Below are positions 48,731 to 64,000 of a DNA stretch of 64,000 nucleotides, in pieces (positions within the stretch are counted from its first letter, which is position 1; every line of letters begins with the position of its first letter). This stretch comes from the human T2T-CHM13v2.0 reference genome, Homo sapiens. The DNA lies in the NCBI RefSeq assembly GCF_009914755.1, contig NC_060936.1. One strand, given 5' to 3'. The notes beneath the pieces were generated by a model. The model was not told the origin of the DNA, made no database searches, and was given only the letters and a program-made list of their open reading frames with translations. A program made the position numbers and the translations under genes.

Positions 48731-49380
48731 CTGCAAGTAAATGGAGAAAAAAAAGTTCTTAGTTTTTTTCAATGAAAAAAGCACCAACTACATCTGACAA
48801 TGGGCCACACAACTATAACCCAATTAAATTATCTTGTTCTGCTGGAGGAATCTGCTGTTGTTGATGGCAGAACACCAAGTACCTTCTGATCTTTAACTCT
48901 TTACTACCATTGAGCACAGAGAAACTTGTTAATTGAATTAAAAACATTCTATACAGAAATCAATGTGCACTTCTGTGTCAAGAGTTTTACAAGTGAGGAG
49001 AATATCAGGAAATTGATTCATTCATGCAATTCTGGATTAACTCCAATTATCTTGATCTTTTTCTCACATACTGTATTTACTCATTAGTTCAAAAATAGTT
49101 TTTAAGCTTTTACAATGTAAATTAGGGGACAAGAATTGGTATGATACTACCTGCTTCTGAGGTACTTATCTAGTAAAAAGTGGAGTTGTTGATAAAAACA
49201 TAAATAGGATAAAACACATTAAATGCTAAGTGAACAAACCCTTGTCATGTATGTATATTCAAAAACATTTCACTCACACTTAAGTTCCTTAAGGGCATAG
49301 TCATATCTTTTATTTCTTTTGTATCCTTCCAAAGAAACTAGAGAATTCTACAACAACAGGCATTGAAAATAATACTTAAT

Positions 49381-51246
<1,866 letters not shown>

Positions 51247-51685
51247 AGAAACCCAAAACTTTTAAGTGCTCATTAAAAAAAGTATGAATTTTTTGATGAG
51301 TATTAAACTGTACTGCACAGGGAATGAATTGCAGAGCAGTGAAGCACAGCTCAATGATTAATCTCAGTCCATTAAAAGAGGCATGATAGATCTAGAATGC
51401 AACTTTGATAAAAAAAAAAAAGGCAATGTGTACTAATGTTAGAGAAAACAAATTGGCATGTTAACAGAATTCTAATTTAACCAGTAAATGCCTATTCATT
51501 AGAGTGTAAAGCCATAACAGAGGCTATATACTTAAAAAACACATGCACACACAAAGCTTTAATTTGGTACCATAATCTGAAAGAAAATTGGACCCAAATT
51601 GCTTTATGTCCAGTTAAATCTTGCTACCATCTGAAGAGACAGTGAAATAAAACTGAAACACTTACTTGATGAGATAGGTATTCAG

Positions 51686-63826
<12,141 letters not shown>

Positions 63827-64000
63827 GTTGGAAATGAAGAAGCTGAATCCAAGTGCTGGAAAAAACAAAAGTGTGATTCAGGAAATCAGAAATAAAATGT
63901 ACCAAAAGGTAACCCTAAGAAGTGGAGTCACTTCTGGATTTGAAACTACCCAAGTTCAATATAAGAAACCTTTACTCTCCCCACTCCCCCCAATATTTTC

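Overview
Human (primate) genomic DNA, recognised from the encoded proteins as the ITGA5-GTSF1 interval (chr12q13 by recall). Both genes are on the minus strand. 1-11.9 kb holds ITGA5 exons 1-9 (integrin alpha-5, codons 1-302; the gene continues beyond the window start) with its CpG-island, TATA-less promoter. 48.5-63.9 kb holds GTSF1 (piRNA-pathway cofactor): the complete 167-codon CDS in 7 coding exons plus a 3'UTR-only last exon; its non-coding first exon lies beyond the window end. The rest is rich in Alu, MIR, L2, LTR and MER elements. The main unexpected signal is at about 14.0-25.2 kb on the minus strand, upstream of ITGA5. There I read a colinear series of decayed Gly-X-Y exons, several still AG/GT-flanked and one exactly 45 nt, preceded by remnants resembling the TSPN domain of COL24A1/COL27A1. 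This suggests a multi-exon fossil of a clade-C-like fibrillar collagen gene. Other notable items: an apparently consensus-identical AluYa5 inside GTSF1, a chain of overlapping perfect inverted repeats at 58.2 kb, a perfect 15-bp hairpin at 31.5 kb and a ~140-bp local duplication (42.6/44.2 kb). All homology statements are by-eye comparisons with recalled sequences; no searches were run.
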